64,000 bases of DNA from an uncultured Clostridia bacterium (GCA_947626975.1 CANQUF010000003.1:26174-90173); one strand, 5' to 3'. Counted from the stretch's first letter, positions 9,204-19,691 are shown. The notes: generated by a model not told the origin, from the sequence alone. A program made the numbers and translations.

Positions 9204-9812
9204 ATGAATGATACATCACTTAATGTTCAAGAAAAGAGAGTTTACGATTATATAAAACAACAAATAAGACAAAAAGGTTTTCCACCATCAGTAAGAGAGA
9301 TTTGTGCTGCACTTGGTTTTAAATCTACTTCTTCAGCCCATCAATATATTGCAAGAATTGCTGAGAAAGGATATATTGATAAAAGTGATTTGAAGACTAG
9401 AGCAATTAGAGTTATTGGAGAGGAACCAACAATAACTTTACCTATAGTTGGAAAAGTAGCAGCCGGTGAACCTATTCTTGCTACACAAAACATTGAAGAT
9501 TATTTTTCAATTGGTGAAAGCTTTTTTAAGACAAATGATTTACAATCAGATAATTTCATACTAAAAGTTCAAGGCGAAAGTATGATAAATGCTGGTATAA
9601 ATGATGGAGATTATATAATTGTATCAAAACAAAATGTAGCAAAAAATGGGCAAATAGTTGTAGCAATGATTGATGGAGAAGCTACAGTAAAAACTTTTTA
9701 TAAAGAAAAAGATCATATAAGATTACAACCAGAAAATGATACCATGTCACCAATTATATCAAAAAATGTAGAAATAGTTGGAAAAGTAGTAGGATTATTT
9801 AGAAAAATATAA
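9204..9812 (+). CDS. lexA: LexA repressor
   Basis: N-terminal wHTH (PPSVREICAALGFKSTSSAHQYI). VAAGEP cleavage region, GESM serine and ATVK lysine of the S24 peptidase domain. Confidence 0.9.
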   Translation: MNDTSLNVQEKRVYDYIKQQIRQKGFPPSVREICAALGFKSTSSAHQYIARIAEKGYIDKSDLKTRAIRVIGEEPTITLPIVGKVAAGEPILATQNIEDYFSIGESFFKTNDLQSDNFILKVQGESMINAGINDGDYIIVSKQNVAKNGQIVVAMIDGEATVKTFYKEKDHIRLQPENDTMSPIISKNVEIVGKVVGLFRKI

Positions 9813-9818
9813 AATTTT

Positions 9819-9849
9819 AATCAGTCAAATAACTTGACTGATTTTTTTC
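9819..9849 (+). terminator. Rho-independent terminator after lexA
   Basis: Stem AATCAGTCAA/TTGACTGATT followed by a T-run. Confidence 0.75.
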
Positions 9850-9898
9850 ACAAAAATATATTATAATCATAAAATGTAGTAGTCGGGGGTGTTTTTTT

Positions 9899-10483
9899 AT
9901 GAAATTAGACGGTTTAAGAATAGGGCTTGGTATAACTGGCTCATTTTGTAATTTTAATAGAGTAAAAGATGTAATTACTTCATTAAAAGATGAAGGAGCT
10001 ACAGTTATTCCAATTCTTTCAAAAAATAGTACTAGCCTTGATACTAGATTTTATAAAGCTAAAGACTTTACAAATATGGTTGAAGAATTTAGTGAAAATA
10101 AGATTATAGATACAATTCAAAAGGCAGAACCTATTGGACCTAAGAAGTTGATAGATATTATGGTTATATGCCCTTGTACTGGAAATAGTTTAGGAAAGCT
10201 AGCAAATGGAATAACTGACACACCAGTTTTGATGGGTGTAAAATCTATTTTACGTAATAATTTGCCAGTAGTTATTGGTGTTTCTACAAATGATGGATTA
10301 GGTGCTAGTGCGCAAAATATTGCTAAACTACTTAATACAAAAAATATATATTTTGTACCATTTGGTCAAGATGATTACGTTTCAAAACCTAAATCTCTTG
10401 TATTAAATTATACATATATTATAGATACAATTGTAGAAGCTCTACAAGGAAAACAAATACAACCAATTTTATCTAAATCTTAA
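9899..10483 (+). CDS. dpaB: Dipicolinate synthase subunit B (flavoprotein family)
   Basis: Matches my recollection of B. subtilis SpoVFB closely: GITGSFCNF, AEPIGPK, CPCTGNSLGKLANGITDTPVLM, STNDGLGA, FVPFGQDD. Confidence 0.75.
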   Translation: MKLDGLRIGLGITGSFCNFNRVKDVITSLKDEGATVIPILSKNSTSLDTRFYKAKDFTNMVEEFSENKIIDTIQKAEPIGPKKLIDIMVICPCTGNSLGKLANGITDTPVLMGVKSILRNNLPVVIGVSTNDGLGASAQNIAKLLNTKNIYFVPFGQDDYVSKPKSLVLNYTYIIDTIVEALQGKQIQPILSKS

Positions 10484-10526
10484 AAAGTGTTCTAAAATAG
10501 AAAGAATACAATATGTTGATATATAA

Positions 10527-10569
10527 AAAATCACGTGCTCTAAAAATTAATTTTAGAGCACGTGATTTT
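10527..10569. terminator. Bidirectional terminator between convergent genes
   Basis: Perfect 19-bp stem AAAATCACGTGCTCTAAAA/TTTTAGAGCACGTGATTTT with a 5-nt loop. Confidence 0.85.
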
Positions 10570-10574
10570 CTGGT

Positions 10575-10838
10575 TTACTTCTTTATCTCTTGAATGAGAT
10601 TTCTTAAGTAACTACTAGAAATTCTTTCCGTTAACGTCTTAATTCTACCAATAAGCAGTGGTGTACCGTTAACACCGTATATTTCCAAGCTTTTAACACT
10701 AGTAGAGTGATCTTCACTAGAGCTTACATTTACAATGAAAGCAATTTTTGTGTTACCGTCAAGGTAAGCCAAGCCATCTTTTTTGGAATAACATCCCAGT
10801 ATTTCCAAATTCTTTGAAATATATATTTCTTCTATCAT
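10575..10838 (-). CDS. Hypothetical protein (87 aa)
   Basis: GGAGGA RBS. Second gene of a two-gene minus-strand operon. No motif recognised. Confidence 0.55.
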   Translation of the reverse strand: MIEEIYISKNLEILGCYSKKDGLAYLDGNTKIAFIVNVSSSEDHSTSVKSLEIYGVNGTPLLIGRIKTLTERISSSYLRNLIQEIKK

Positions 10839-10888
10839 TTTTAATTCCTCCAGTTTAATTTTATGGCTTGATTTTTATAAGTGCAGGT

Positions 10889-11290
10889 TTATGAAGATAA
10901 ATTTTGAACTAAAAACAGCTCCAATAAGGTATTTAAATATTCCTCAACATTTATAGCCTTTATACTATCTTTTAGCCTTTGTTTCAAAATTAATATTTCG
11001 TTACTTGAAAATTTAAAGTTTGAATGATTTTTTCCAAGTTGTGTTATTTTATCATAAATCGTATTAGCTGGCCAAAACATTATTCTTTTTGCCATTGGTA
11101 AAAGAATTACACTTATACCATTTAGCTTATCATTGGCTTTATACTCGAATTTAAACGAGTATATTTCAGTTTTGTCTTTTGTATCTATTTGTACATTACC
11201 ATTCCGAAATAGGCGCATGACACTTTCCAAATAAAAGCCAGTGATTATCTCACTCAATTGGTTAACATTTTTTACAGTATTTTCTTTCAT
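10889..11290 (-). CDS. Hypothetical protein (133 aa)
   Basis: GGAGG RBS. Contains one of the rare in-frame CGG codons. No motif recognised. Confidence 0.55.
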   Translation of the reverse strand: MKENTVKNVNQLSEIITGFYLESVMRLFRNGNVQIDTKDKTEIYSFKFEYKANDKLNGISVILLPMAKRIMFWPANTIYDKITQLGKNHSNFKFSSNEILILKQRLKDSIKAINVEEYLNTLLELFLVQNLSS

Positions 11291-11507
11291 AATAAAAAAC
11301 CTCCAAAGTTTATTTTCAAAGACATTAGCCTTTGAATAAATTTAAATTTTAATTATTATATCAAATTATTTGCTATTTGTCAATATAAAGATTACATAAA
11401 ATGTAAAATGTATAAAATAAATCTAATGATTTTTAATATTTTAATGTATTTACTTTTTTTTTATCATTAAATATGTTATAATTGTAAATGCTGAAAGGAG
11501 TATGACA

Positions 11508-12821
11508 ATGAATTTATTATTAGTAACACTTGGTTGTAGTAAAAATCAAGTAGATAGTGAAATGCTACTTGGATTTTTTAAAAAATATAATATGAACATA
11601 GTAACAGATCCCAATAAAGCTAATATAATTGTAATAAATACATGCGGATTTATAGAATCTGCAAAAAAAGAGGCAATTGATACAATACTGGAAATGGCTG
11701 ATTATAAAGAATATGGCGTATGTAAATATTTAATTGTTACAGGTTGTCTTGCAAAAAGATATAAAAAAGATATATTAGAAAATATGCCAGAAGTAGATCT
11801 ATGTATTGGAGTTGACGAATATTCTAATATTGATAATATTTTATCTAATTTTTTTAATCACAATTGTTTACATCACACGTTAAATTTTGAAGACAGAGAG
11901 ATTTCAACAACTTTTCCTCTTGCATATATTAGAATTTCTGATGGTTGTGATAATAGGTGCAGTTATTGTGCTATACCTTCAATTAGAGGAAATTTTAAAA
12001 GTAGAAAAATTGAAGATATTTTATCAGAAGTAGAATTACTTGCATCTAAAGGAATAAGTGAATTTTGTATTATCTCTCAAGATACTTCTAAATATGGATT
12101 AGATATATATGGTAAATTAATGTTACCAGAATTATTAAGAAAAATATCTAAAATCGATGGTGTAAAGTGGATTAGAATATTATATATGTATATTTTTGAA
12201 ACAAGTGATGAACTTATAGATGAAATAGCTAATAATAGTAAAATATGTAAATATTTTGATATACCAATTCAACATTTATCTAATAATATTCTTAAAAATA
12301 TGAATAGATATGATACAAATGAGTTAATATATGATACGGTTAAAAAAATTAGAGCTAAAATACCTGATGTAGTACTTAGAACAACAGTTATGGTTGGTTT
12401 TCCTGGTGAGACTGAAGAAGATTATGAAATATTAAGACAAGGAATTATAGATTTACAATTTGATAGATTAGGTGCTTTTGCATATTCACAAGAAGAGGGT
12501 ACTTCTTCTTTTAAATTTAAAAATCAAATTTCAGAAGAAATAAAAAATTATAGATTAAAAGATATATTTGAAATTCAAAAGCATATATCTCTTAGTAAGA
12601 ATAGATCAAGAATAGGAAAGGAATATGAAGCAATTGTATATGATATTACGCCAGATGAAAAGTACTTTGTTGCTAGATCTATGTATGAAGCACCAGATGT
12701 AGATGGAAAAATATATATAGAAATTAATGAAGAAAGTGCAAGTAAAATTATAGTAGGAGATTACACACAAGTAAAGATTATAGATTGTAATGATTATGAT
12801 TTATTTGCTAAAGTAATTTAA
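11508..12821 (+). CDS. rimO: Ribosomal protein S12 methylthiotransferase RimO
   Basis: LGCSKNQVDSE N-terminal motif, radical-SAM CDNRCSYC and a C-terminal TRAM-like region. ATG 11508 has better RBS spacing than 11502. Confidence 0.8.
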   Translation: MNLLLVTLGCSKNQVDSEMLLGFFKKYNMNIVTDPNKANIIVINTCGFIESAKKEAIDTILEMADYKEYGVCKYLIVTGCLAKRYKKDILENMPEVDLCIGVDEYSNIDNILSNFFNHNCLHHTLNFEDREISTTFPLAYIRISDGCDNRCSYCAIPSIRGNFKSRKIEDILSEVELLASKGISEFCIISQDTSKYGLDIYGKLMLPELLRKISKIDGVKWIRILYMYIFETSDELIDEIANNSKICKYFDIPIQHLSNNILKNMNRYDTNELIYDTVKKIRAKIPDVVLRTTVMVGFPGETEEDYEILRQGIIDLQFDRLGAFAYSQEEGTSSFKFKNQISEEIKNYRLKDIFEIQKHISLSKNRSRIGKEYEAIVYDITPDEKYFVARSMYEAPDVDGKIYIEINEESASKIIVGDYTQVKIIDCNDYDLFAKVI

Positions 12822-12833
12822 AGGGAGGAATGT

Positions 12834-14162
12834 ATGTATAATTTAGAAGGCTTAAAAAAAAGTACGCTTACTGAACTTAGAAATATTGCTGAGGAACTAA
12901 ATTTAGACGGATATGAAAGATTAAAAAAGGAATATCTTATTGAAGAAATAAGAAAAAACTTAGAAAGCAATAATAAATTAGATGAAAAGATGAACATGCA
13001 AATAGAAAATCCAGAGACAGATTATATTGCAGAAGGAATTTTAGAGGTAATGGCAGATGGATATGGATTTTTAAGAAGTGATAATTATTTACCAGGTAAT
13101 AAAGACATATATGTATCACAAGTACAAATTAGAAGATTTAAACTTTCAACAGGTGATTTATTAAAAGGAATAGCAAGATTTACTACGGATCCTCAAAATA
13201 AGTTTCCATCATTAATATATATTGAGGAAATAAATTCTGATAGGTTAGAAATTGCTTTAAAGAGAAAACCTTTTGAATCATTAGTACCGATATATCCAAA
13301 TGAAAGATTAAAACTTGAAACAAATTCTAAAGAATTTTCTACAAGACTAATAGATTTAGTATCTCCAATAGGAAAAGGACAACGTGGACTTATTGTAGCA
13401 CAACCAAAAGTTGGTAAAACTACTATATTAAAGCAGATAGCAAATAGTATATTAAAAAATAATCCAGAAGTTGAGCTTATGGTATTATTAATCGATGAGA
13501 GACCAGAAGAAGTAACAGATATTGAGCGCTCAATAAATGCTGAAGTAATTCATTCCACTTTTGATGAATCACCGGAACATCACATAAAAGTATCAAAAAT
13601 GGTATTAGAAAGAGCGAAAAGATTAGTTGAACAAAACAAAGATGTAGTAATTTTAGTAGATAGTCTTACAAGGCTTACACGTGCAAATAATTTAGAAATA
13701 GAACCAAGTGGAAGAACTTTATCTGGTGGACTTGATCCTGCATGTTTGCATTTTCCCAAAAAATTTTTTGGTGCAGCACGTAATATAGAAAATGGGGGAA
13801 GTTTAACTATACTTGCTACAATTCTTACAGATACAGGTAGTCGAATGGACGATATTATATTTGAAGAATTTAAAGGCACAGGAAATATGGAAGTACACTT
13901 AGATAGAAAATTAGCTGAAAAGCGTATATTTCCAGCTATTGATATATATAAATCAGGTACTAGGAGAGAAGATTTGTTGCTTAATAAAGAAGAACTTGAA
14001 TGTAGTGCTACAATTCGTAAGATAGTAGATAATAATTCTCTTAGTTTATCTAACCAAGAAATAATTGAAAAGATATTAAATATAATTAAGAAGACATCAA
14101 CCAATGAACAATTTATAAAGGTATTTTTAGAGAATGTAAAAAAGAAGTCTAAAAATTCTTAA
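12834..14162 (+). CDS. rho: Transcription termination factor Rho
   Basis: Rho N-terminal domain, RNA-binding region, P-loop AQPKVGKTT and the conserved ATPase core. Confidence 0.9.
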   Translation: MYNLEGLKKSTLTELRNIAEELNLDGYERLKKEYLIEEIRKNLESNNKLDEKMNMQIENPETDYIAEGILEVMADGYGFLRSDNYLPGNKDIYVSQVQIRRFKLSTGDLLKGIARFTTDPQNKFPSLIYIEEINSDRLEIALKRKPFESLVPIYPNERLKLETNSKEFSTRLIDLVSPIGKGQRGLIVAQPKVGKTTILKQIANSILKNNPEVELMVLLIDERPEEVTDIERSINAEVIHSTFDESPEHHIKVSKMVLERAKRLVEQNKDVVILVDSLTRLTRANNLEIEPSGRTLSGGLDPACLHFPKKFFGAARNIENGGSLTILATILTDTGSRMDDIIFEEFKGTGNMEVHLDRKLAEKRIFPAIDIYKSGTRREDLLLNKEELECSATIRKIVDNNSLSLSNQEIIEKILNIIKKTSTNEQFIKVFLENVKKKSKNS

Positions 14163-14201
14163 AAGCTTAGAGCTTTTTATATTAAAGAGGGGAATGATAT
14201 T

Positions 14202-15842
14202 ATGAAAAATAATATAATAATAAAATTTGAAGATAATAGAAGTATAGAAGTTCCATATAAAACAAAAATTATTGATGCTGTTAAATTAGTACAACAAGAT
14301 GTTTCAAATATTTTAGCATTTAATATCAATAATGAAATAAAATCCTATGATTATGAATTAGTGACAGATTCAAATGTTGAATTTGTAAAACTTGATTCAG
14401 AAGATGGTTATAGAGTATACACAAGAACTTTAAAAATGATATTATATATGGCACTTACTTCATTATATTCTAACGCAGATGCAGAATTTATTACAACTAT
14501 AAATAAAGATCAATATTTTATTATCAAGAATATGGAACTAACAGAAGAAAAAATTAATAATATAAAAAATAAAATGAAAGAAATTATAAATAAAGATATA
14601 CCAATAGTAAAAAGAGCTGTAACTTTAGAAGAGGCAACAGTGCTATATACAGCTTCTAATAATACAGATAAATTAAAAAATATAGATAATAAACTAAAAT
14701 CATATGCGACTATCTATTTTTGTGATGGAATGTATAATTATTTTTATGGTACACTTGCTCCAAGCACAGGATATATAAATGATTTTAATTTGGTAAAATA
14801 TGAAAATGGTGCTATACTTACAGCTAAAAATGATAATTTAGAAATTAATACAAAAGAAAAATCATTATACAATGCTTATGTTTCATTTAATGAGTTATAT
14901 GAAAATCTAGGATATGCAACGGCAAGTAGCTTAAATGAGATGATACTAAAAAATAAAATTAGTGAAGTAATTCAAACTTGTGAGGCAATTCAACAAAGAA
15001 AAATGATTGAACTTGTACAAGATATAGAAAGTAAAAAAGATATTAAAATGATACTAATTGCAGGTCCATCTTCATCTGGAAAAACTACATTTGCACAAAA
15101 ATTAGGTATTCAATTAAAAATTTCAGGATATAATCCTATAACTATATCAATGGATAATTATTTCAAAGAAAGAAAAGATACACCGATTGATGAAAATGGA
15201 AAATATAACTTTGAAACAGTTGATGCCATGGATATTGATTTGTTTAATCGTCAAATGAAAGACTTAATTGACGGAAAAACTATAGATATACCTCAATTCG
15301 ATTTTTATGAAGGAGTAAAAAAATATAAAGGTAATTATTTAAGCCTAAAGCATAATGATGTTTTAATAATTGAAGGTATACATGCATTAAATCCAATTGT
15401 AACAGAGTTTACTCCTGATAGTAATAAATACAAAATATATATTGCACCAATAACTACATTAAATATAGATGGATATACAAAAGTTTCTTCATCAGATACT
15501 AGACTTCTTCGTAGAATGGTAAGAGATTATACTACACGTGGCAATGGTGTAGAAAAAACATTTGAACTTTGGAATAATGTAAAAAAAGGAGAAGAAGAGT
15601 ATATTTTTCCTTTTGTAAATTCAGTTGACTATATTTTCAATTCAAGTCTTGCATATGAGACAAATGTTATAAAAACATTTGCAGAACCTTTACTTTTACA
15701 GGTTGAAAGAACAAGTAAATACTACGCTCAAGCAAGAAGACTATATTCATTTTTAAATAATTTTTTACCAATGGAGACAACATCTATTCCTATTGATTCA
15801 ATAATTAGAGAATTTATTGGTAGTGGTTGCTTTAATAGATAA
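14202..15842 (+). CDS. Uridine kinase-family nucleoside kinase with N-terminal TGS-like extension
   Basis: P-loop GPSSSGKTTFAQKL and a PRK/uridine kinase-like C-terminal half. Confidence 0.65.
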   Translation: MKNNIIIKFEDNRSIEVPYKTKIIDAVKLVQQDVSNILAFNINNEIKSYDYELVTDSNVEFVKLDSEDGYRVYTRTLKMILYMALTSLYSNADAEFITTINKDQYFIIKNMELTEEKINNIKNKMKEIINKDIPIVKRAVTLEEATVLYTASNNTDKLKNIDNKLKSYATIYFCDGMYNYFYGTLAPSTGYINDFNLVKYENGAILTAKNDNLEINTKEKSLYNAYVSFNELYENLGYATASSLNEMILKNKISEVIQTCEAIQQRKMIELVQDIESKKDIKMILIAGPSSSGKTTFAQKLGIQLKISGYNPITISMDNYFKERKDTPIDENGKYNFETVDAMDIDLFNRQMKDLIDGKTIDIPQFDFYEGVKKYKGNYLSLKHNDVLIIEGIHALNPIVTEFTPDSNKYKIYIAPITTLNIDGYTKVSSSDTRLLRRMVRDYTTRGNGVEKTFELWNNVKKGEEEYIFPFVNSVDYIFNSSLAYETNVIKTFAEPLLLQVERTSKYYAQARRLYSFLNNFLPMETTSIPIDSIIREFIGSGCFNR

Positions 15843-15854
15843 TAAAGATTTAAT

Positions 15855-15896
15855 ATAACAGATATTATATACATATATAGTGTCTGTTATTTTCTT
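15855..15896 (+). terminator. Putative terminator
   Basis: 8-bp stem ATAACAGA/TCTGTTAT with a 20-nt loop, followed by TTTCTTC. Confidence 0.4.
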
Positions 15897-15955
15897 CATT
15901 TACTTGAAATAATTGAAAAGTTATAGTACAATATATGTAGTTTGAGGTAAATAGT

Positions 15956-16267
15956 ATGTTTATTAAAAATGATAATGAATTTATTTGCATAAATTGTGGT
16001 AACAAAGTAGAAAAACTAAAATATACTTCACGTGATCATTGTAATTACTGTTTGTATTCTGTTCACGTAGATATAACGCCTGGAGATAGAAAAAATGATT
16101 GTAGAGGAATGCTTGTACCAATAAATATAGAGTTAAATTCTAAAAAAGGTGAAGTAATAATATATAAATGTAATAAATGTGGAAGTATTGTTAAAAATAT
16201 TGTAGCAAATGATGATAATAGAGATGCTATATATGAAATAATTAAAAATTATGCAAAAGGAGTGTGA
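15956..16267 (+). CDS. RNHCP-domain zinc-ribbon protein
   Basis: CINCGN ... RDHCNYCLYSVHVD ... CNKCGS cysteine pattern. Confidence 0.65.
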   Translation: MFIKNDNEFICINCGNKVEKLKYTSRDHCNYCLYSVHVDITPGDRKNDCRGMLVPINIELNSKKGEVIIYKCNKCGSIVKNIVANDDNRDAIYEIIKNYAKGV

Positions 16268-16275
16268 AATATAAT

Positions 16276-17991
16276 ATGGAAGAGGTAAAACTTAAAATTG
16301 CAGATATGATAAAATCTGCTATAAATGATGAAATTGCTCTAGAAGATATATTATCTAAAATAGAAGTACCAAAGGATAAAAAAAATGGAGATTTTGCATA
16401 CCCATGTTTTAATTTATCTAAGCTACTAAAAAAATCACCAGTCGATATAGCAAATGATATAAAGGAAAATATTAAACTTGATAACAATATAAAAGAAATA
16501 CAAGTTGTAAATGGATATTTAAACTTTTATGTAAATGATACCGATATATCAAAAAAAGTACTTACTAATATATTTAATATGAAAGAAAAATATGGATTTC
16601 AAAATATTGGTAAAGGTCAAAATGTATGTGTAGATTATTCTTCGCCAAATATTGCCAAACCTTTTCATCTAGGACATTTTAGAACAACTATAATTGGTAG
16701 AGCGATTTCTAATTTATATAAGGAACTCGGTTATAATACTATAAGTATAAATTATCTTGGAGACTGGGGTAGACAATTTGGACTTGTAATTGAGGGATAT
16801 AAAAGATTTAAAGATGAATATGATATATCAAATGATCCTCTACATTCTCTAGCTGATATGTATGTAAGAGCAAATAAGCTTGCAAAAGAAGATGAAGAAG
16901 TTATGAATATGGCAAGAGAAAATTTCAAAAAACTAGAAGACGGAAATGAAGAATATTTAAAACTTTGGAAGTATTTTAGAGATGTTTCACTAAAGGAATA
17001 TTATAAGCTATATGATTTATTAAATTGTAAATTTGATTCATATAATGGAGAGGCATATTATAACGATAAAATGCAAGAAGTTATTGATATATTAGATAAA
17101 AAAGGTGTATTAGTAGAAAGTAGAGGAGCAAAAGTTGTTATGCTTGGTGAAAATGAACCTCCTTGTATTATAGTAACATCAATTGGCTCAACTATATACG
17201 CTACTCGTGATTTAGCAGCTATTTTAGATAGAACAAGACAGTATGATTATGTAAAATCAATATATGTTACTTCATATGAACAAATTAATCATTTTAAACA
17301 AGTTTTTGAAGTTGCAAAATATATTGTAGATGAAAAATATGCAAAAGGTTTAGTACATGTACCTTATGGCATGGTAAGACTTAAAACTGGTAAAATGTCT
17401 ACACGTGAGGGAACAGTTATATATTTACAAGACTTATTAAATGATGCAATAAAAAAAGCAGATAATATATTAGTAGAAAAAAATAATAAGATTCATGACA
17501 GAGAAAATATTGCAAAGCAAATAGGAATTGGAGCACTTGTATTTAATGATTTAAAAACAAGTAAAATAAAAGATGTTGTATTTGACTTAGATGAAATTTT
17601 AAGGTTTGATGGAGAAACAGGTCCATATATACAGTATACATATGTAAGAACTATATCAATACTTAAAAAAGCAGGATTTAATGAAAAAAATATTGATATT
17701 AATAGTATTGATTTTAGTATGTTAAATACTGAAGATGAAGTAGAACTTATAAAAAAGTTAGATAGTTTTTCTGATGTTATTAAAAGAGCTGCTAATGAAT
17801 ATGAGCCATCAATTTTAGCAAGATATTTAATAGATGTCGCTTCACTTTTTTCAAGATTTTATAATAACTCTCAAGTAATAACTAATGATATAAATTTAAA
17901 AAATGTAAGATGTTTACTTGTATATGCTACATCAATAGTTATAAAAAAAGGACTAGCTATTCTTGGAATAGATACTCCTAATGAAATGTAG
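16276..17991 (+). CDS. argS: Arginine--tRNA ligase
   Basis: HIGH-type motif PFHLGHFRTT, class I core and a C-terminal DALR-like anticodon-binding region. The start is ambiguous (GTG 16264 or ATG 16276). Confidence 0.9.
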   Translation: MEEVKLKIADMIKSAINDEIALEDILSKIEVPKDKKNGDFAYPCFNLSKLLKKSPVDIANDIKENIKLDNNIKEIQVVNGYLNFYVNDTDISKKVLTNIFNMKEKYGFQNIGKGQNVCVDYSSPNIAKPFHLGHFRTTIIGRAISNLYKELGYNTISINYLGDWGRQFGLVIEGYKRFKDEYDISNDPLHSLADMYVRANKLAKEDEEVMNMARENFKKLEDGNEEYLKLWKYFRDVSLKEYYKLYDLLNCKFDSYNGEAYYNDKMQEVIDILDKKGVLVESRGAKVVMLGENEPPCIIVTSIGSTIYATRDLAAILDRTRQYDYVKSIYVTSYEQINHFKQVFEVAKYIVDEKYAKGLVHVPYGMVRLKTGKMSTREGTVIYLQDLLNDAIKKADNILVEKNNKIHDRENIAKQIGIGALVFNDLKTSKIKDVVFDLDEILRFDGETGPYIQYTYVRTISILKKAGFNEKNIDINSIDFSMLNTEDEVELIKKLDSFSDVIKRAANEYEPSILARYLIDVASLFSRFYNNSQVITNDINLKNVRCLLVYATSIVIKKGLAILGIDTPNEM

Positions 17992-17995
17992 TAAA

Positions 17996-18289
17996 TTATA
18001 AATTGATTTTTGGTAAGATATGTAATACTATATAATATATAAAAATTATATTTAAGATTATTGTTATTGGTACAATGACTATAAATTGAATATGTTTCGT
18101 TTTATGCCTAAATTTATACATACCTGCATATATACCAATACCACCAAAAAATAGGGCAAATAGAAAAAGCGATTTTTCACTTATTCTATTTTTATGATCT
18201 TTTGCTAGTTTTTTATCATATCCCATAATAAAAAATGAAATTATATTTATTATAATAATTAATGAAAAAAATATTATATATTGTTTCAT
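17996..18289 (-). CDS. DUF1294-family small membrane protein
   Basis: MGYDKKLAK..RISEKSL..GG.IG...GM..FRHKT.H pattern. Confidence 0.65.
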   Translation of the reverse strand: MKQYIIFFSLIIIINIISFFIMGYDKKLAKDHKNRISEKSLFLFALFFGGIGIYAGMYKFRHKTKHIQFIVIVPITIILNIIFIYYIVLHILPKINL

Positions 18290-18392
18290 AAAATAACCTC
18301 TTTATTAAAAATACTATATAATATTAATATAACATAAATATACTTTAATAACAATCGAATTAATAAAAAAATTAAGATACTTGGTATAAAAA

Positions 18393-18573
18393 GTTACTAT
18401 TCAGACTAGAAGATTATAAAATTTATAAAAAATGATTATTAACCTTAATATTACTATATTTCTAAATTAAATATAATATTTTAAAATTGTATTACAAATT
18501 CAATATTATGTATAATACACATTAAATTTTAATTAATTTTGCATTTTCTGATCAAGGTAGTCTGAATAGTAAC
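18393..18573. mobile_element. MITE-like non-autonomous element, copy 2 (181 bp)
   Basis: Same 16-bp TIRs as copy 1, flanked by the 8-bp duplication TATAAAAA. Differs from copy 1 by one 12-bp indel (CTTAATATTACT) and one substitution. Confidence 0.85.
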
Positions 18574-18585
18574 TATAAAAATATG

Positions 18586-18619
18586 TAGTCCATAATTGTT
18601 AATTTACAATTATGGACTA
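18586..18619 (-). terminator. Terminator of the 197-aa gene
   Basis: Perfect 14-bp stem TAGTCCATAATTGT/ACAATTATGGACTA with a T-run on the minus strand. Confidence 0.75.
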
Positions 18620-18624
18620 TAGTT

Positions 18625-19218
18625 TTAAGGTGCTGTATCAAAGCACAGTACATTTAGTAAAATATTTTCTTTCCCATCAGATACAATGTTGTAGTAGTAC
18701 TGCGAAAAATTTCTAAGTTGATTATTTATTTCCATATAATAGCCATATTCGGTAAATTTTTTATTAGACCAACGTATTGACATATCTTGAAAATTTTTAA
18801 TCCTTTTCAGTTTCTTAGAAGAATTAAGCAAACTACAATAAGCAATTAACTTCCTATAGTATATGAAATCAAATTTTCTCAGATTAGTAATATCTAGATT
18901 GTATAGCATTCGTATAAAGCTTTCTAATTCATTAAGCGAATTTAATATTAAATTGGAATCATTTTGCTTAATATGTTCTATAATTATGTCTGACCATTTT
19001 AAAATTGCTTGTATTGCAATATTAAATGAATTGCTTGAAGAACACATACTAGATAGTTTTGAATAATCAGTTAAATATAAGTCTTTTATGGTTATAGGCT
19101 TATATCCTAATAATTCATAGCTAGGTTCATTGTTTTGCTTAAGTAGTATCCGGTCTATCAAGTTATCACCAGATAATGTTTTCCTACTAAATAAGTTTTT
19201 TGCATTTTCAAATTTCAT
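18625..19218 (-). CDS. Hypothetical protein (197 aa)
   Basis: GGAGGGTG RBS. Contains an in-frame CGG codon. No motif recognised. Confidence 0.55.
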   Translation of the reverse strand: MKFENAKNLFSRKTLSGDNLIDRILLKQNNEPSYELLGYKPITIKDLYLTDYSKLSSMCSSSNSFNIAIQAILKWSDIIIEHIKQNDSNLILNSLNELESFIRMLYNLDITNLRKFDFIYYRKLIAYCSLLNSSKKLKRIKNFQDMSIRWSNKKFTEYGYYMEINNQLRNFSQYYYNIVSDGKENILLNVLCFDTAP

Positions 19219-19379
19219 TTTTACACCCTCCGAATAATTATATTAAAAGTATATATATATCATATTATATATTATACTACATTTTTATATATTTTAGAAG
19301 TAAAACCTTAAATTTTGCTATTTTTTTTATATTTAATAAATTCTTAATTTAAAAACTTGAGAAATTTTAAGCCTATTTA

Positions 19380-19408
19380 TTGACAATAAATTTAATGTAG
19401 TATATAAT
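19380..19408 (+). promoter_or_regulatory. sigmaA-type promoter for rpmF
   Basis: TTGACA (19380-19385), 17-nt spacer, TATAAT (19403-19408). Confidence 0.55.
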
Positions 19409-19483
19409 ATATAAGTAAAAATAAATTGTACATAGCAATATGTTTTTGATGACATAATAGCTTATTTAAGGAGGGAATATACA

Positions 19484-19687
19484 ATGGCACAACCAAAACG
19501 TAGATGGTCAAAAGAAAGAACACATTTAAGACGTTCTACTTGGAAATTAGATAATAAGAATTTATCTGTTTGCTCAAATTGTGGTGAACCAGTTTTATCA
19601 CATAAAGCTTGCCCTTCTTGTGGATACTATAACAAGAAACAAGCAGTTGAGATAAAAGTAAAAGAAGAAAAAAAGGAAGAAAATTAG
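19484..19687 (+). CDS. rpmF: 50S ribosomal protein L32
   Basis: MAQPKRRWSKERT start and CxxC...CxxC zinc ribbon, with a K/E-rich C-terminal tail. Confidence 0.9.
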   Translation: MAQPKRRWSKERTHLRRSTWKLDNKNLSVCSNCGEPVLSHKACPSCGYYNKKQAVEIKVKEEKKEEN

Positions 19688-19691
19688 TAAT

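Noticed and set aside
13580-14104. 174-aa minus-strand ORF inside rho
   Set aside because: It is antisense to a highly conserved gene, making it a shadow ORF. The same reasoning applies to 1680..1985, 2391..2654, 20855..21241, 23133..23390, 52497..52757 and 53127..53504.
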